A stretch of 64,000 bases of DNA, from NCBI GenBank assembly GCA_964016885.1, contig OZ024742.1, positions 337,218,001 to 337,282,000 of the forward strand, written 5' to 3'. Below, piece after piece: positions 1-12,422 of the stretch. The stretch comes from Eledone cirrhosa (lineage: Eukaryota). Position 1 is the stretch's first letter; each line of letters starts with the position of its first letter. Position numbers and translations under genes: made by a program. The notes beneath the pieces were generated by a model. The model was not told the DNA's origin. It saw only the letters and a program-made list of their open reading frames with translations, and made no database searches.

Positions 1-459
1 TAAATATATTTGAGGCAAACCAACATGGAATTGATGCAAGTGATAGTGAGGCGAAGGGGCTAGAATAGCTAAGCATCCTCACCATGAGCATCACCTGATA
101 CTTCAGTAAGACGAGCTACCAACAGTTTTTAAAGCTGTTACACAAATACTACTTATAAATGTGTCTAAATAATTGTTGATTTCATTTTTAATAGGTACAA
201 AGCAAATTTTATCCCAGCCTTACCAGTGAAAGTGTAGAGTAATTCGTCTAAATAAGTGCCTTATTATTAAATTTTTTTTATTGCGCGTCATCACTGCATT
301 TCCGAGCACAGCTCTGTGCGCCTTGGATATGTGCAGTGTGATTTTTAGTGCTGTGTCTATTTATTTGAGAGCATTCTTCGTGTGAGCAGTATCATTATTA
401 TTCTTTAGACAAAAAGACCAGGCGAAGGAGAAATGTTGATGGTTCTCAGTCAACAACGA

Positions 460-700
460 TCTCTCTCTCAATATATATACGTATTCACACATATACACGT
501 GTATATACATATAAACACACACATATATAAACATATACACACCTATATAAAAACATATACACACACACAAACATATATACACACACACACATATATATAT
601 ATATATAAACACACTACACACACATATATTGTGCACCTGAGCACTGTACACAATTTTCATTATACATATATATATATACACACATTATGTTTATATATTA
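460..700. repeat. (CT)/(TA)/(CA) compound microsatellite containing a short CR1/L2 3'-tail remnant (~628-662)
   Basis: Low-complexity TA/CA runs. GTGCACCTGAGCACTGTACACAATTTTCATTAT matches the 3' end of the LINE copies at ~4455, ~9330, ~21010 and ~35990. Confidence 0.8.
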
Positions 701-945
701 TATCTAGTATAGTCCAATGGTAATTCATTAACAAACCAGTTAAGAGTTATTTGACATTGACTAATGTTACAACAGACTAAACAAAAACTGATATGGAGAA
801 AATAAAGGAAGCATCTGAGAAAACCCGAAATATTTTCCTCTCTATATAAATAAGGTGGCGAGATACTTGTATATCTGAACACACAATGAAACAGTCATGT
901 TGATGAGAGGGGAATAACAGACAACAAAATAATGCCAAATCTTAC

Positions 946-1293
946 TTTAAGTCCAGGGAAAGCTTTAGCCATGCCATAAATAATTGCTCGGTGGGACTCC
1001 ATATCCCCACGGGTCTTTAATTCGGCAGCTCCTTCTTTAGTATATCCTTTTACTTTGGCCGTCAATGCATTTTGTTCGCGGACTTCTAGTACTTTTTTAC
1101 CGCCACGACGCGCCAGTTCGATACTGACAGACAGTAACTCCTTCATGCAAATCCTCTCTTCTTTCTGGAACCAGCTCATTAGACCAAAATTGTAAATAAC
1201 CCCGCATGTTATACATAAAATTAAAAGCACAGCCCCAATTGGGTTTAAACGAATGTTGACAGGGGCCATCTTTTTAATTTGATTTGACACCAT
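946..1293 (-). CDS. IMPAD1: First coding exon of inositol monophosphatase 3 / Golgi-resident PAP phosphatase (IMPAD1/BPNT2-like); gene continues left of the window
   Basis: Translation M(VSNQIKK)MAPVNIRLNPIG, a TM anchor (AVLLILCITCGVIYNFGL), then ELLSVSIELARRGGKKV...KGYTKEGAAELKTRGDMESHRAI...AFPGLK, which matches the IMPAD1 N-terminus. The frame ends at a phase-0 donor AAA|gtaag (plus-strand cttac at 941-945). The likely start is the ATG at 1269; an in-frame ATG also lies at 1293. Confidence 0.9.
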
Positions 1294-1402
1294 ATTCTTA
1301 TATTTAACTTTCGTATTTACTAAACTGCGAATGAATTGTCGCTCTTTACTTAATTTAACAGAATTAATAAAGTAAAATAAAACCGTTTGTTTTAAATTTG
1401 TT

Positions 1403-1440
<38 letters not shown>

Positions 1441-1940
1441 GCCTGTGAGTATGTAAACGGGCGATATTAGAGTTTAACGTTCCGTTTTCACTTGCTCAAA
1501 CTTTACTTGATAATTAGTTTCTTAGCGGCTGAGGAAGATGTTTTCCTTTTAAACTTTTTATGTTGTGTTGCGGCTAACTTGATCGTCATAGAGGGTAATT
1601 TCTAGTGTGATACAATTGAGAACTTTTTTTTGTGTTGTCGTTATTGTTTAAGATGTGAGTGTGTATTCAAAGATTGCTTCCGAAATACAAAATGTCGATG
1701 TTATGGGATATGAAATTATACGGACATCATTCGTGATTTCTAATTCCTTTGTTACGAATTGAATATGTTTTTGTTGTTTTTTTTTCATTCAAGAAGTTGA
1801 AAGGTATTAATAAAATATATATACGTTTGTATGATCACTATTTTTACCAGCTGTCACCAATATCTTACTTTTCTGTCAATACATTTCACTGACGATCAGC
1901 AGCTGTTTTCGTTTTTTTAAATGTCGGAGTAATGACAATA

Positions 1941-1973
<33 letters not shown>

Positions 1974-2834
1974 TTTTATCTGTCTATCTCTATCTAGTGG
2001 TTCAACAGGGTATAATGAAGAGTTAAGTTCCAGGTCATTGCTTAACTATTCTGTAACTATTCATCAACTCAGGAATATATGTATCTAGTACTGTGCAAAG
2101 CTAGTGATAGGCCCAGGGCAGATATGAAATGAAGCCCCGCCCCCTAATTTCAAATTGTTCACGAAGTATTTTTAGAGTAACCAGTAACATATAATTTTGA
2201 ACGTATTTTCACTTAAAGTAGCTTCAAAGCAGTTTTTTTTTTTTTTTTTTTGTATGAAAAATAGTTGAACAAGTTTGGTGTATTAACCCATAGAACTGGT
2301 CAGACCATGCTGTCTACTTTTTCCTTGTCTCTAGGAATTTATACGTAAAACTTTTTTCCTCTATTTTTCATTGTCAAAAAACTGCGTTGAAGCAGCTTAT
2401 TATAAGCTAACATAAATTCAAACTTGGCTCAATGCTTCGTCAATACGAGTCATTCAATGTTTACATAATATGATATATATATACGTGTGTGTGTGTATTC
2501 TTTTACTGGTGTCATTAGACTACGGCCATGCTGGGGTATCGTACTTTGCCATGATGTAATAGAATGTGAGGCGAGTAAGACTACCCCTACCCCCTATTTT
2601 CCCCAAAAAGTCGTAGGTATATATCAGCTAGTTGATCGGTCCTCTCACCCACTTCGGTGTGACCTGGGTATTTCTAAAAAGAAATATAATTTGCATATTA
2701 AAACAGGTAATAGGGTCATATCTTTGATAATAATTGAATGCTTGTAAAAATCAATATACAAGAGTGGGCGTTGGTTCTGAATAGCAGTAAATTTAAATAC
2801 GATTTAGCAAGGCTTTTACATTTTATTAGTTTAG

Positions 2835-3402
2835 AGGGTTGTGGATTAGCAGAATCGGTAGAGCGTCAGACAGCTGAGATTAGCTTTGCCTTTCATCCTA
2901 TAGGGTCGGTAAAATAAAGCACCAGTAATGTACTTGGGTCAATTTAATTAACTTCCCCCCCCAAAAAATTGTTTGCCTTGCGCCAGAAAGTAGAAATAAT
3001 TATTTCTGAGGATGGTTGATTGGCAGAATCGGTTGAGCGTCGGATAGCATGCTTCACAGCACAGAGTTACGGCCCTTTGCGCTTTGAGTTCAAATCCGGC
3101 CAAGGTTAGCTTTGTTTTTCATCCTTATGGAGTTGATATATAAAGCGCCAGTAATGCATTGGAGGCGATTAATCGACTTTCCCCCTCCCCCAAATTGCTG
3201 ACATTGTGCCTGTCATGGATTGGCAGTATCGGTAGAGGGTCGAACGCCATGCTTTGACGTATAGAGTTACGGCCCTTGCCATTCTGAGTTCAAATCCCGC
3301 CGAGATTAACTTTCCCTTTCATCCTTACGGGGTCGATAAAATAAAGTACCAGTAATGTACTGGGTAATTGCTGGCCTTGTGCCGAAAGTAGAAACAATTA
3401 TT
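2835..3402 (+). mobile_element. Three head-to-tail copies of a tRNA-headed SINE
   Basis: Each copy has an A-box-like TGGCAGAATCGGTAGAGC, usually a B-box GAGTTCAAATCC, a central GCCTTTCATCCTTACGGGGTCGATAAAATAAAGTACCAGT (resembles the MetaSINE-type domain), and a tail GGCCTTGTGCC..AAAGTAGAAACAATTATT. Starts at ~2835, ~3010 and ~3217. Confidence 0.8.
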
Positions 3403-3714
3403 TACTAGATGATGGCGGCGTCTTCTCTTTCTGTCACACACACTCTCTCTCTCTCTCTAAACTAGTAACGTTCCTTTTCCTTCTCTTTCTATGTATATCT
3501 CTTTTGCTTGGCACTGCCCCTCTCTCTATATAGATGAGGGCGATGTCATAACTTTCTGTCTATCTACCTCTTTCTGTCATATCAAAAACACACAGTGTTC
3601 CCTTTTCTCTATCTATGTACATATCTCTCACTTGGCACCTCTCTATATAAAGTGAGCTTCATGGACAGAGAGACGGACTGATGGATGGACAGACAGACAG
3701 CACTCTTATTGTAA

Positions 3715-5050
3715 TAGTGGTGGATTAGCAACTTCGCAGCATAGAATTACGGCCCTTTACATTCTGAGTTCAAATCCTGCCAAGGTTAGCTTTGCCTTTT
3801 ATCCTTATCGATAAAAGCAGATCTGGACACAATGCAGCAATGGATCACAGACTGGCAACTCAAGCTGGCTGTGGACAAGTGAACCACCATGCATTATGGT
3901 GTGGTCACACTTAGAATTTGCATCACCAGTCTGGAACTCCTATCTTGCTCAGAACATTGACCTCCTGAAAACTGTTCAGAGACGTACAACCAAGCGAATA
4001 ACTTCCATCAGGGACCTACCATACTCTGAATGCTTTGCTTCTCTGGGCATGGATACATTGAAGCTCCGACATCTGGCAACTAACTTGGTAAACACCCACA
4101 AAATTATTAACCATCTTGCCAACAACAACCCTGAGCACCTTTTTGAATTCCATGTGTCCAACACACGTGGCCATGCCTACAAAGTCAGAAAACAGCACAG
4201 CTCCCATGACTTTCGGAAACATTTTTTCACGCTCAAAGTTGCTGAAGCATGGAACAAACTACCTGCATCAGTTGTTATCTGTCGAGACACTGCATTCTTT
4301 AAAACCTGCATGCTTCCTGAAATTTGCCAACACTACACCTGATATCCTCCCTCCATACATATGCACACATATATATCATGACTCATACACTGTTCATTTT
4401 CCTGACATTTGTTCATTATTCTATGTATTATACATGCACCTTTGATGAGTTGTAGTGCACCTGAGCACTGTACACAATAATTTCATTATTATTATTATTA
4501 TAAAATAAGGCACCAGTAATGCACAGGGGTCAATTTAATCGACTTTTTCCATCCCTCCAAATTATTGGCCTTGTGCCTAAATCAGAAACCATTATTTATA
4601 TTTTGTGAAGGTCCTGAATTGGCAACACTGTTAGTCCACTGGACAAAATACTTTGAAGTATTTAGTCATGGTCTTTTACATTCTGAGTTCAAAACCCATT
4701 AAGATCAACTTTGCCTTTTATCCTTCTGGGGTCAATAAAATATAATACTAGTCATGTTTTGGATATGATCAACTTTCCCCTCACAGCAAATTTGCTGGCC
4801 TTGTGCCTAAATTAGAATTTATTATTATTTCTACATGAGGGTGACGTCTGAGCAAAATCGTTAAAGCATTGGACAAAATGCTTTATTGTATTTGTTCTGG
4901 CTCTTTATATTTTGCATTCAAATCCAACTGAGTTCAACTTTGCTTTCATCCTTCTGGGGAAGGGTGGGGATGATAAAGTAAACTATCAATTAAACAGTAA
5001 GTCAATTTAATCAACTCCCCACCACCTTCACCTAAAATTACTGACATTGA
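3715..5050 (+). mobile_element. Further copies of the same SINE; the first is split by a CR1/L2 insertion (3715-3817 plus 4500-4600), followed by copies at ~4610-4830 and ~4840-5050
   Basis: Same A/B boxes and central domain. The SINE breaks at ...ATCGATAAAA and resumes at ATAAAATAAGGCACCAGT after the LINE tail. Confidence 0.75.
3818..4500 (+). mobile_element. CR1/L2-clade LINE 3' fragment (5'-truncated, with an internal deletion)
   Basis: Peptide HLEFASPVWN..LKTVQRRTTKRI..TRGHAYK..RKHFFTLKVAEAWNKLP, then 3' UTR GAGTTGTAGTGCACCTGAGCACTGTACACAATAATTTC(ATT)n. Confidence 0.9.
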
Positions 5051-5332
5051 TATACAATATCAAATATCTTCGTCCAGCTTTACTGATACCGTGTATTACT
5101 ATAATTGCTCTCAATACCAATGAGAACAACTCTTTTTGTACTTATTGATTTGCTCACTAATACTTTAATAAGGTACAGAAAGGCTACAATATACTGATGA
5201 GCTTTCATGAGGTGAAACACTTGTCTCTTGCAATTGTTGATGAAAAAAATAACACTATTGAGTCAGAGTTACCATTTTACATTCACTTTTCCATGAGTTG
5301 GACAAAGCTCAGTGCCAGTAAAATATAGGGCT

Positions 5333-5757
5333 AATTCTCCCTGGACAGGATGCCAGTCAAATGTAGGGTTAATGAGAGTACAAGAATTCTCCCTGGACAG
5401 GATGCCAGTCAAATGTAGGGTTAATGAGGGTACAAGAATTCTCCCTGGACAGGATGCCAGTCAAATGTAAGGTTAATGAGGGTACAAGAATTCTCCCTGG
5501 ACAGGAAGCCAGTCAAATGTAGGGTTAATGAGGGTACAAGAATTCTCCCTGGACAGGATGCCAGTCAAATGTAGGGTTAATGAGGGTACAAGAATTCTCC
5601 CTGGACAGGAAGCCAGTCAAATGTAGGGTTAATGAGGGTACAAGAATTCTCCCTGGACAGGATGCCAGTCAAATGTAGGGTTAATGAGGGTACAAGAATT
5701 CTCCCTGGACAGGATGCCAGTCAAATGTAGGGTTAATGAGGGTACAAGAATTCTCCC
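5333..5757. repeat. 52-bp minisatellite, ~8 copies, derived from a SINE segment
   Basis: Unit AATTCTCCCTGGACAGGATGCCAGTCAAATGTAGGGTTAATGAGGGTACAAG starts at 5333, 5385, 5437 and so on. It continues into a minus-strand CORE-like SINE remnant (5757-5915) homologous to 18100-18385. Confidence 0.9.
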
Positions 5758-6444
5758 AACCAGTCAGCTGCAGCGTTAATGCCTAGCTTCTTATGGTACT
5801 TGATTTTTTCAACTGAGTGGATTGGAGCAACTTGAAATTGAATGCCTTGCTCGAGGACACAACATGGTACCAGGTTTAGAAATCGAACCCTAGACCTTAT
5901 GATCATGGCCACGCAGGTTTACCAGCAGAAATACACAATATTTCAGGGTGAAAACTATTAGTCAATAAAGAATTTTACTAGTACTTTATTTTATTGACTA
6001 AAGAATGATGCTTAGGTAGTTACCTCCCTCTAGAGCAAAGTTCTCAACGGGGGGCATATGCACCCCTGGGGGGCGTTTCGGAACTCCAGGGGAGCGTTAG
6101 GGGGGCGTTTGAGCTTTGGGGGCACTGGAAAGCTCTTTACTTTGGTAAGTTTTATAAGCCATATTTGTATGTTTTTGAGACAGCCAGTATGAATGCATTT
6201 GAATGAGCATGCAGACAGCATAACTATGGTCTGACTGCAGGTGTGCAGGCATGTTTAGACATTAACCGGCAATTGAGATCCTAACAATGGATAAATCCAC
6301 AGTCAACTGAGTCAAGGACACTTTGAGCACAGCCAGTTAGAATCTTGTCTTTCCTTCACCAATAACAATGTATTTCATGTCTGAAATTATTGACTCAACC
6401 GTAACGAGTTAACACTATGTAGATCTATTTTATTGCCTATTGTA

Positions 6445-6632
6445 TAAATAATTGTTTCTACTTTAGGCACAAGGCCAGCAATTACCCAGTACATTACTGG
6501 TACTTTATTTTATCGACCCCGTAAGGATGAAAGGCAAAGTTAACCTCGGCGGGATTTGAACTCAGACTGTAAAGGGACGTAACTATGCTAGAAAGCATGG
6601 CGTCCAACCCTCTACCGATACTGCCAATTCAC
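6445..6632 (-). mobile_element. tRNA-headed SINE inserted in the hAT
   Basis: Reverse complement closely matches the copies at 3217-3402 and 31650-31815. Confidence 0.85.
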
Positions 6633-6676
6633 TGTATAAATAATATTACAAATAAAAATAAAAAAAACACAGAAGC

Positions 6677-7035
6677 GGGTAGCACACACATCTAGGACCA
6701 CATGCAACAAATAATCAGATAATACACACATCTAGAACCACATACAACACATAAGCAGGTAATACACACATCTAGGACCACATGAAACACAAAAGGAGGT
6801 AGCACACACATATAGGACCATATACAACACACAGGCAGGTAATACATACATTTAAGACCACATACAACACATAAGCAGGTAATACAAACATCTAGGACCA
6901 CATACAACACATAATCAGGTAATACATACATCTAGGACCACATACAACACACAAGCAGGTAATACATACAGCTGGGACCACATGCAATACATAAGCAGAT
7001 AATACATACATCTAGGACTACCTACAACACACATT
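6677..7035. repeat. 40-bp minisatellite, ~9 copies, inside the hAT
   Basis: Unit ~AGGTAATACACACATCTAGGACCACATACAACACATAAGC; a TCTAGGACCA-like anchor recurs every 40 bp from 6691 to 7011. Confidence 0.9.
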
Positions 7036-7039
7036 CTAT

Positions 7040-8098
7040 CATGTTCTACGGACGACGCAAGAGCAATGGTCGGCCAACATAAGGGTTTTGTCACTCTTCT
7101 GAAGAGAGAAAATCTATCTGTATTTGTTGTTCATTGTGTCATTCATTGACAACACTTGACTGTGAAGAAAAATCAGCAAGCTGCTGAGCAAGTCCTTGCA
7201 GGTGGCCATTGATGTCATCAATTTTATCAAACGGCATTCCCTCAATGAACGAATTTTCCGGCAACTGTGCCAAGATAATGATGAAGAATTCGTCAAGTTG
7301 CTCCTTCATAATGAAGTGAGATGGCTTTCAAAGGGCAAGTGCCTTACTCACTTCTTTGAACTGTTCGACTCTATCATTGAGTTTCTGTGAGGACACAACA
7401 CAGAACTGTACAAGAAAACCCTCGATGTGAGGCAAAACTGTGCCTACCTCACCGACATCTTCGACAAATGCAATAGCGTCATTTTGGCTTTGCAGGGGAA
7501 GAAGATCACCTTGCTTAAAGCAAGGAATGCTGTGAAAACATTCCTGGCCAAATTGAATGTCATTAAAAGGAATCTTTGTTGACGGGAAATCTATAATTTT
7601 CCTAGTGTTGCCAATGTTAAAAACATTGTAAGCGATGACCAACTTCAAATTTATACCACTCACCTCCGTGCGCTACAAGACAACATGAGAGAACGGTTTG
7701 TCGATCTTTTGCCGATGGACATCCCAATGTGTGTAGCAGATCCCTTCATAGCTAACGTCGATGATTTGGACGTTATATTTCAGGAAGAATTCATTGAACT
7801 TCAAGCAGATGACATGATCAAAATTAGATTTCCCAAAATAGGCGAACCCCTTTTTTGGATGCAAGAGGAAATTCAGCGTCAATTTCCACACCTACATGCA
7901 GAGGCTAAGAGATTTGCTCTGCCTTTTCCAAGCTCATACTTAGTCAAGAGGAGGTTTGGTGCTGTTTCCAGACTGCACAGTAAGGCTTGCAACTGCTACA
8001 ATGTAATTACACATGGAGATCTCCGGCTACATCTTATGAAAATCCAGCCTGACGTCAAAGAGTTAGCTAGACTCCATAAAGTTCAAGGGTCCCATTGA
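7040..8098 (+). pseudogene. Fragmented hAT transposase (catalytic core to dimerisation domain)
   Basis: TDDARAMVG..KGF, HCVIH, LLLHNEVRWLSKGKCL and FPSSYLVKRRFGAV..GDLRLHL, interrupted by stops and frameshifts. Confidence 0.88.
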
Positions 8099-9064
8099 AA
8101 TGAGGTCAAAGTTAAAGTAAGTTGATTTATCCGAAAACTTGGATATGCTATTGTTACAAAGCAAACTACCATTTTTTTTTATTTGTAGTTGCAGTCTGAT
8201 TGAACTGGAAACCATCTACTACAATTCACTTACTCATTTGTTGTATATATTTTACCATTTACTAATAAATATACCCTCCCGCGTGGTCATGAAAACCCTC
8301 TTCCGTGGTCTCTAAGCTCACAAAGCAGAGAGGACATCAAATTAGATATCAACATTTATTCTGTTCGTTTCATTAAAGGGAAAATTGGAAAGCTTTGAAA
8401 TGATATCATTGCTACTTTCTTCCAGATAAGAGCACTCTTGGGATAGACAGAGTTGCTCTTGTATAAATGTTCAAAATAGCTGGTATCACCTGGTGGGAAT
8501 ATAACAAATTCAACTGGTCCTTATTCATAAAAAAGAACATTTATGCTCCTTTTTTTGAAATTTATATATTTCCTTTCAAGAAACGTATTTGTACTCTCAG
8601 CTGCCTGCAATGGTATCTTTGGAATATTGTTAATTAATTTTTTAGTAATCTACTGATATCAAAATCAGTAATATATTGAAAAATGGAAAAATAGGGTAGG
8701 GGGCGTTTCGTGATTTTGAGGGACAAAAGGGGGCGTTTGGCCTAAATGGGTTGAGAACCTATGCTCTAGAGCATCTCCTTTGCTCTTGCAAAAATTTACA
8801 ATGATAATACTGTGTCAGTCATTGGGTATGACACCATTCTGTATCACTGGATTAATTAGGTATCTGCCTAGTTCCGAGCCTACCCTGCCTGATATAGTTA
8901 GCAACTCGGCAACTATACTGAATGGTCCAGCTACCATCCATGCTTTCATTGCTTTGTCTATCATACTGCTGTCAACTTTTATGTCTGGTCCCTCTGTTTA
9001 TGTTGAGAAATTGTTATTACTAAGTGGAATTGTCAAGATAATTGAGTCAAGCCGTTTATGCATT

Positions 9065-10740
9065 GCAGTTTAGAGAACTTCTTCAATAACAGGTTGAAGT
9101 AATGTTTCTCCTATAGTGGTCTTTGTGACCAGTAATGCAATATTGTACGATGCAATCACCTTGTTATCTTGCTGCCTAGTTGCTTTCTGAAATTCTGAGA
9201 TCAACATCTTCTGCTTTTCAAATGAAGTCTTAAGCTGTAAGAAATATGACAAAGGTTTTTTTCCTTTGAATATAAATGATAGTTTAAGTGTGAAGGATTC
9301 AGGGCTTCATTGCTTAATAATAATGAAATTATTGTGTAAAGTGCTCAGGTGCACTACAACTCGTCAAAGGTGCATGTATAGTACATAGAATAATACATAA
9401 ATGTCAGGGAAGTGAATAGTGTATGCGCCATGATATACATGTGTGTATGTGTATGGAGGGTGAACATTAAGTGTAGTGTTGGCTAATCTCGGGAAGCATG
9501 CAGGTTTTAAAGGATGCAGTGTCTCGACAGCTAACAACCGATGCAGGTAGTTTGTTCCATGCGTGAAAAAATGTTTCCGAAAGTCATGGGAACTGTACTG
9601 TTTTCTGACTTTGTGGGCATGCCCACGTGTGTTAGACACATGGAAATCAAAAAGGTACTCAGGGTTGTTGTTGGCAAGATGGTTAACAATTTTGTGGGTG
9701 TTTACCAAGTCAGTTGCCAGGCATCGGAGCTTCAATGTATCCATGCCCAGAGAAGCAAGGCGCTCAGAGTATGGTAGATGCCTAATGGAGGGTATTCGCT
9801 TGGTTGCACGTCTCTGAGCAGTTTCCAGGCGGTCAATGTTCTGAGCAGGATAGGGGTTCCAGACTGGTGATGCAAATTCTAAGTGTGGCCGCACCATAGC
9901 CCTGTACAGCCTTAAATAGATAGCTGGAGAGTGGCTGACAAAGGTTTTGCTGAGTGATGCTAAGACACCCTTGGCCCTCCTGACAATTTTAGAGACGTGC
10001 TTCGTCCAACGCAAATTGCTGCTGACCGTAATGCTCTGGTTATGTTCACAAGAAGACTTCTTGATATTAGTGCTGTGGAGGGAGTATGTGGACGCTGAGT
10101 TTTTACTCCCAAAATGCATGGTGGTGCACTTGTCCACAGCCAGCTTGAGTTGCCAGTCTGTGATCCATTGTTGCATTGTGTCCAGGTTAGATTGCAGGCA
10201 AGATCTATAGTGTTCAGGATCTGTCCTTTTTATCTCAAGGTACAGCTTGATGTCATCTGCGTATTTCAGTACTGTGGCATTATTTAAGTTGGCATCTATG
10301 TCATTAATATATGACACAAACAAAAGGGGGCCAAGAACAGATCCCTGTGGTACACCAGATGACATCTCATATGGTGAGGAATGCTGTCCCAGAACTGTGA
10401 CTAGCTCTCTTCCACTGAGAATGAAGGACTTCAACCAGTTAAAAAGATCATCCTTCACACCATTGCAGAGAGTTTTGCCATAAACCTTTTGTGTGGCACA
10501 GAATTGAAAGCTTTCGCAAAGTCAAGGTAAACAACATCCACCCATGAGCTGCCATCAGTGATCCGGGTGATGTCTTCAAGAAACTCGATAAGTTGATCAC
10601 AGCAGTTGGAGTTGGGGATAAATCCAAATTGCGAGGCTAATGTTTAGTTTCACATAAGACACATAGGTAATTGACTGCTCTGAGAGGAAACGATAAACCC
10701 AATGCTGTGCTGTATTTATGACAAATTTTCTTAAATGAAG
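9065..10740 (-). pseudogene. Second hAT transposase N-terminal relic (BED-finger region), split by a CR1/L2 LINE (pieces ~10638-10740 and ~9065-9315)
   Basis: The minus strand gives ..LGFIVSSQ..PMCLM.. before the LINE, and LSNEALNPSHLNYHL...ASYNIALLVTKTTIGETLLQPVIEEVL after it, typical of Buster/ZBED5 N-termini. Confidence 0.7.
9316..10637 (-). mobile_element. CR1/L2-clade LINE, 5'-truncated (RT domain and 3' UTR)
   Basis: SGVPQGSVLGPLLF..YINDI..KYADDIKLY; upstream VDVVYLDFAKAF; (ATT)n tail at ~9316. Confidence 0.93.
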
Positions 10741-12422
10741 ACATAGGAACTTTTAAAAATAATACAATAGAGATAGAAATTAGTAGGAACAAAGTTTTTG
10801 TTACCAAGTTATATTCTTATTCAAAATCCATTTTCAAATATCCACAAATACGAGAACATAAGAGTGTTGCAATTACTTGGTGATCAATAAAATCCAACAA
10901 CTTCAAGTGACTGTCTGATTATATGAGTATGCTCATTGAGCTGTGAATAGATCCCATCTTGGGATTCTCATATTTTGTCTGGAAGTGTTGTCCACTCCTC
11001 CTTGTCTACAAGCCTGTTGTTAGAGTTCTTAGAGGTCATCGCCTGTATCAATTTTAAATGCGATCACTTGGTGTTGGTGAGTTTATCCTGAAGTCACTTC
11101 TTAATTTTACTGACAAAGTTGTTCTTGGTCTTCCCTTGTCTGATTTGTTTCCAAAAAACAAATGCCTATTTAAATGTTAATGACCCTACTCAGAATTACA
11201 GAAAATACCAAATTGTTCCTTGTTTGTGGAAATATTTATATTTTATCCAGGAATGTGACCCAGTTATTTCCATTTAGCCTCCAATTGTTTTGTTTTGTTT
11301 TTATACAGGTTCTTTGCATATCTCCTTTGAATATTTTTTGGTAGGTAACATATGTTGAAATACCTTCTTAAAACTCAAAATTCTATATCACCCACCAAAA
11401 TTTCCAGACCCACCATTTTCTGTTCAGTTGTTCATCACCCACGCAACAGTTGAAATCGCCCATCAGTGGGGGATATCGCCCAGGTGGGGGCGCCCTGAGT
11501 TAGAGCAAGTACTTGACAATCATTTCAAACACTTTTCCTCCAACCATGTCTGGACGTTTGCTAACATACTGCCTTGCAATCCAGGATGCTTCACGTCTCT
11601 GATCCTCATGTTGTAGAATATGTACAAATTTATTTTCTGTTTCTCCCCTATCTAGTTTTTCCAGACCCGTTTCTTTGCTTTTATGGCCCTATCTACCCTA
11701 TCCTTCCATCACCATATCCCTTTCTGTCTTGCTGGAACCTTGCTCCAGCTGAAAATCTAATCCATTTATATGAGACTGTCTCGTTGAAATTCCCAATTTT
11801 CATTTATGATAGAAAGACAAGATTGAGTTAATAAAGTAGAATCAAAATGAAGAGGAGACACAGGAACAAATGTCCCAGTTACTAAACTAACAGAGGAATG
11901 GATAAGCTACAAACTAATAATAAAACCAAAGTGGATCTCAAGTTGGTGCCTATTTTTATTAGCAGCATGACCATCCCAAGGTATAACAATATCTGTTTAA
12001 ACTATGATTTCATATCAAGATTTATGCAAAACAAATACTCTCCTCCATTTCTTCCAAGCAGGAACCTAATATAACTGTATTTTTGCATCCTTGTGTTTCT
12101 TTTGTTTCCTTTCTTAACTATATATATATACATATATATGAAATAGGTGGATTCCAGATGTATATCAGGACGTGACCACAGTTAAAAAAGGTACTCAATA
12201 CGTAAGTAGAGTATATGCATATTTATTTTATTATAGAAATGACATCTACAATGAATAGAGGAAGGGAAATAAGGAGGAGGAGGAATTAAAGCAGACAGTA
12301 ATGGAGGGCTAGGAGATGAACAAAGGGAAGGAAATGACTTATAAAGTGTGTATGTGTGTTGATGTCCTCTTTCTTTCACTCACTGCCTCCATCCATCCCA
12401 CTCTCCACATGTCTCACTATTA

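Larger units (their letters stand above)
6036..8763 (+). mobile_element. Decayed hAT DNA transposon (Buster/Charlie, ZBED5/SCAND3-like)
   Basis: 8-bp TSD CTCTAGAG at 6028-6035 and 8764-8771. Imperfect TIRs CA-AAGTTCTCAAC / GTTGAGAACCTATG, subterminal GGGGGCGTTT motifs at both ends, and transposase remnants inside. Confidence 0.92.

Noticed and set aside
292-348. Imperfect hairpin ACTGCA..CACAG-CT-CTGTG..TGCAGT in the IMPAD1 intron
   Set aside because: Single short imperfect stem with no recognisable ncRNA motif; likely a repeat fragment.
361-723. ORFs rich in YI/HT/CV (also ~13074-13356, 17252-17479, 41447-41755, 44131-44713)
   Set aside because: Translations of (TA)n/(CA)n microsatellites or antisense TE sequence.
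3010-3310. tRNA genes suggested by A/B boxes
   Set aside because: No cloverleaf, and the boxes run into a repeated SINE body present in more than 10 copies in the window.
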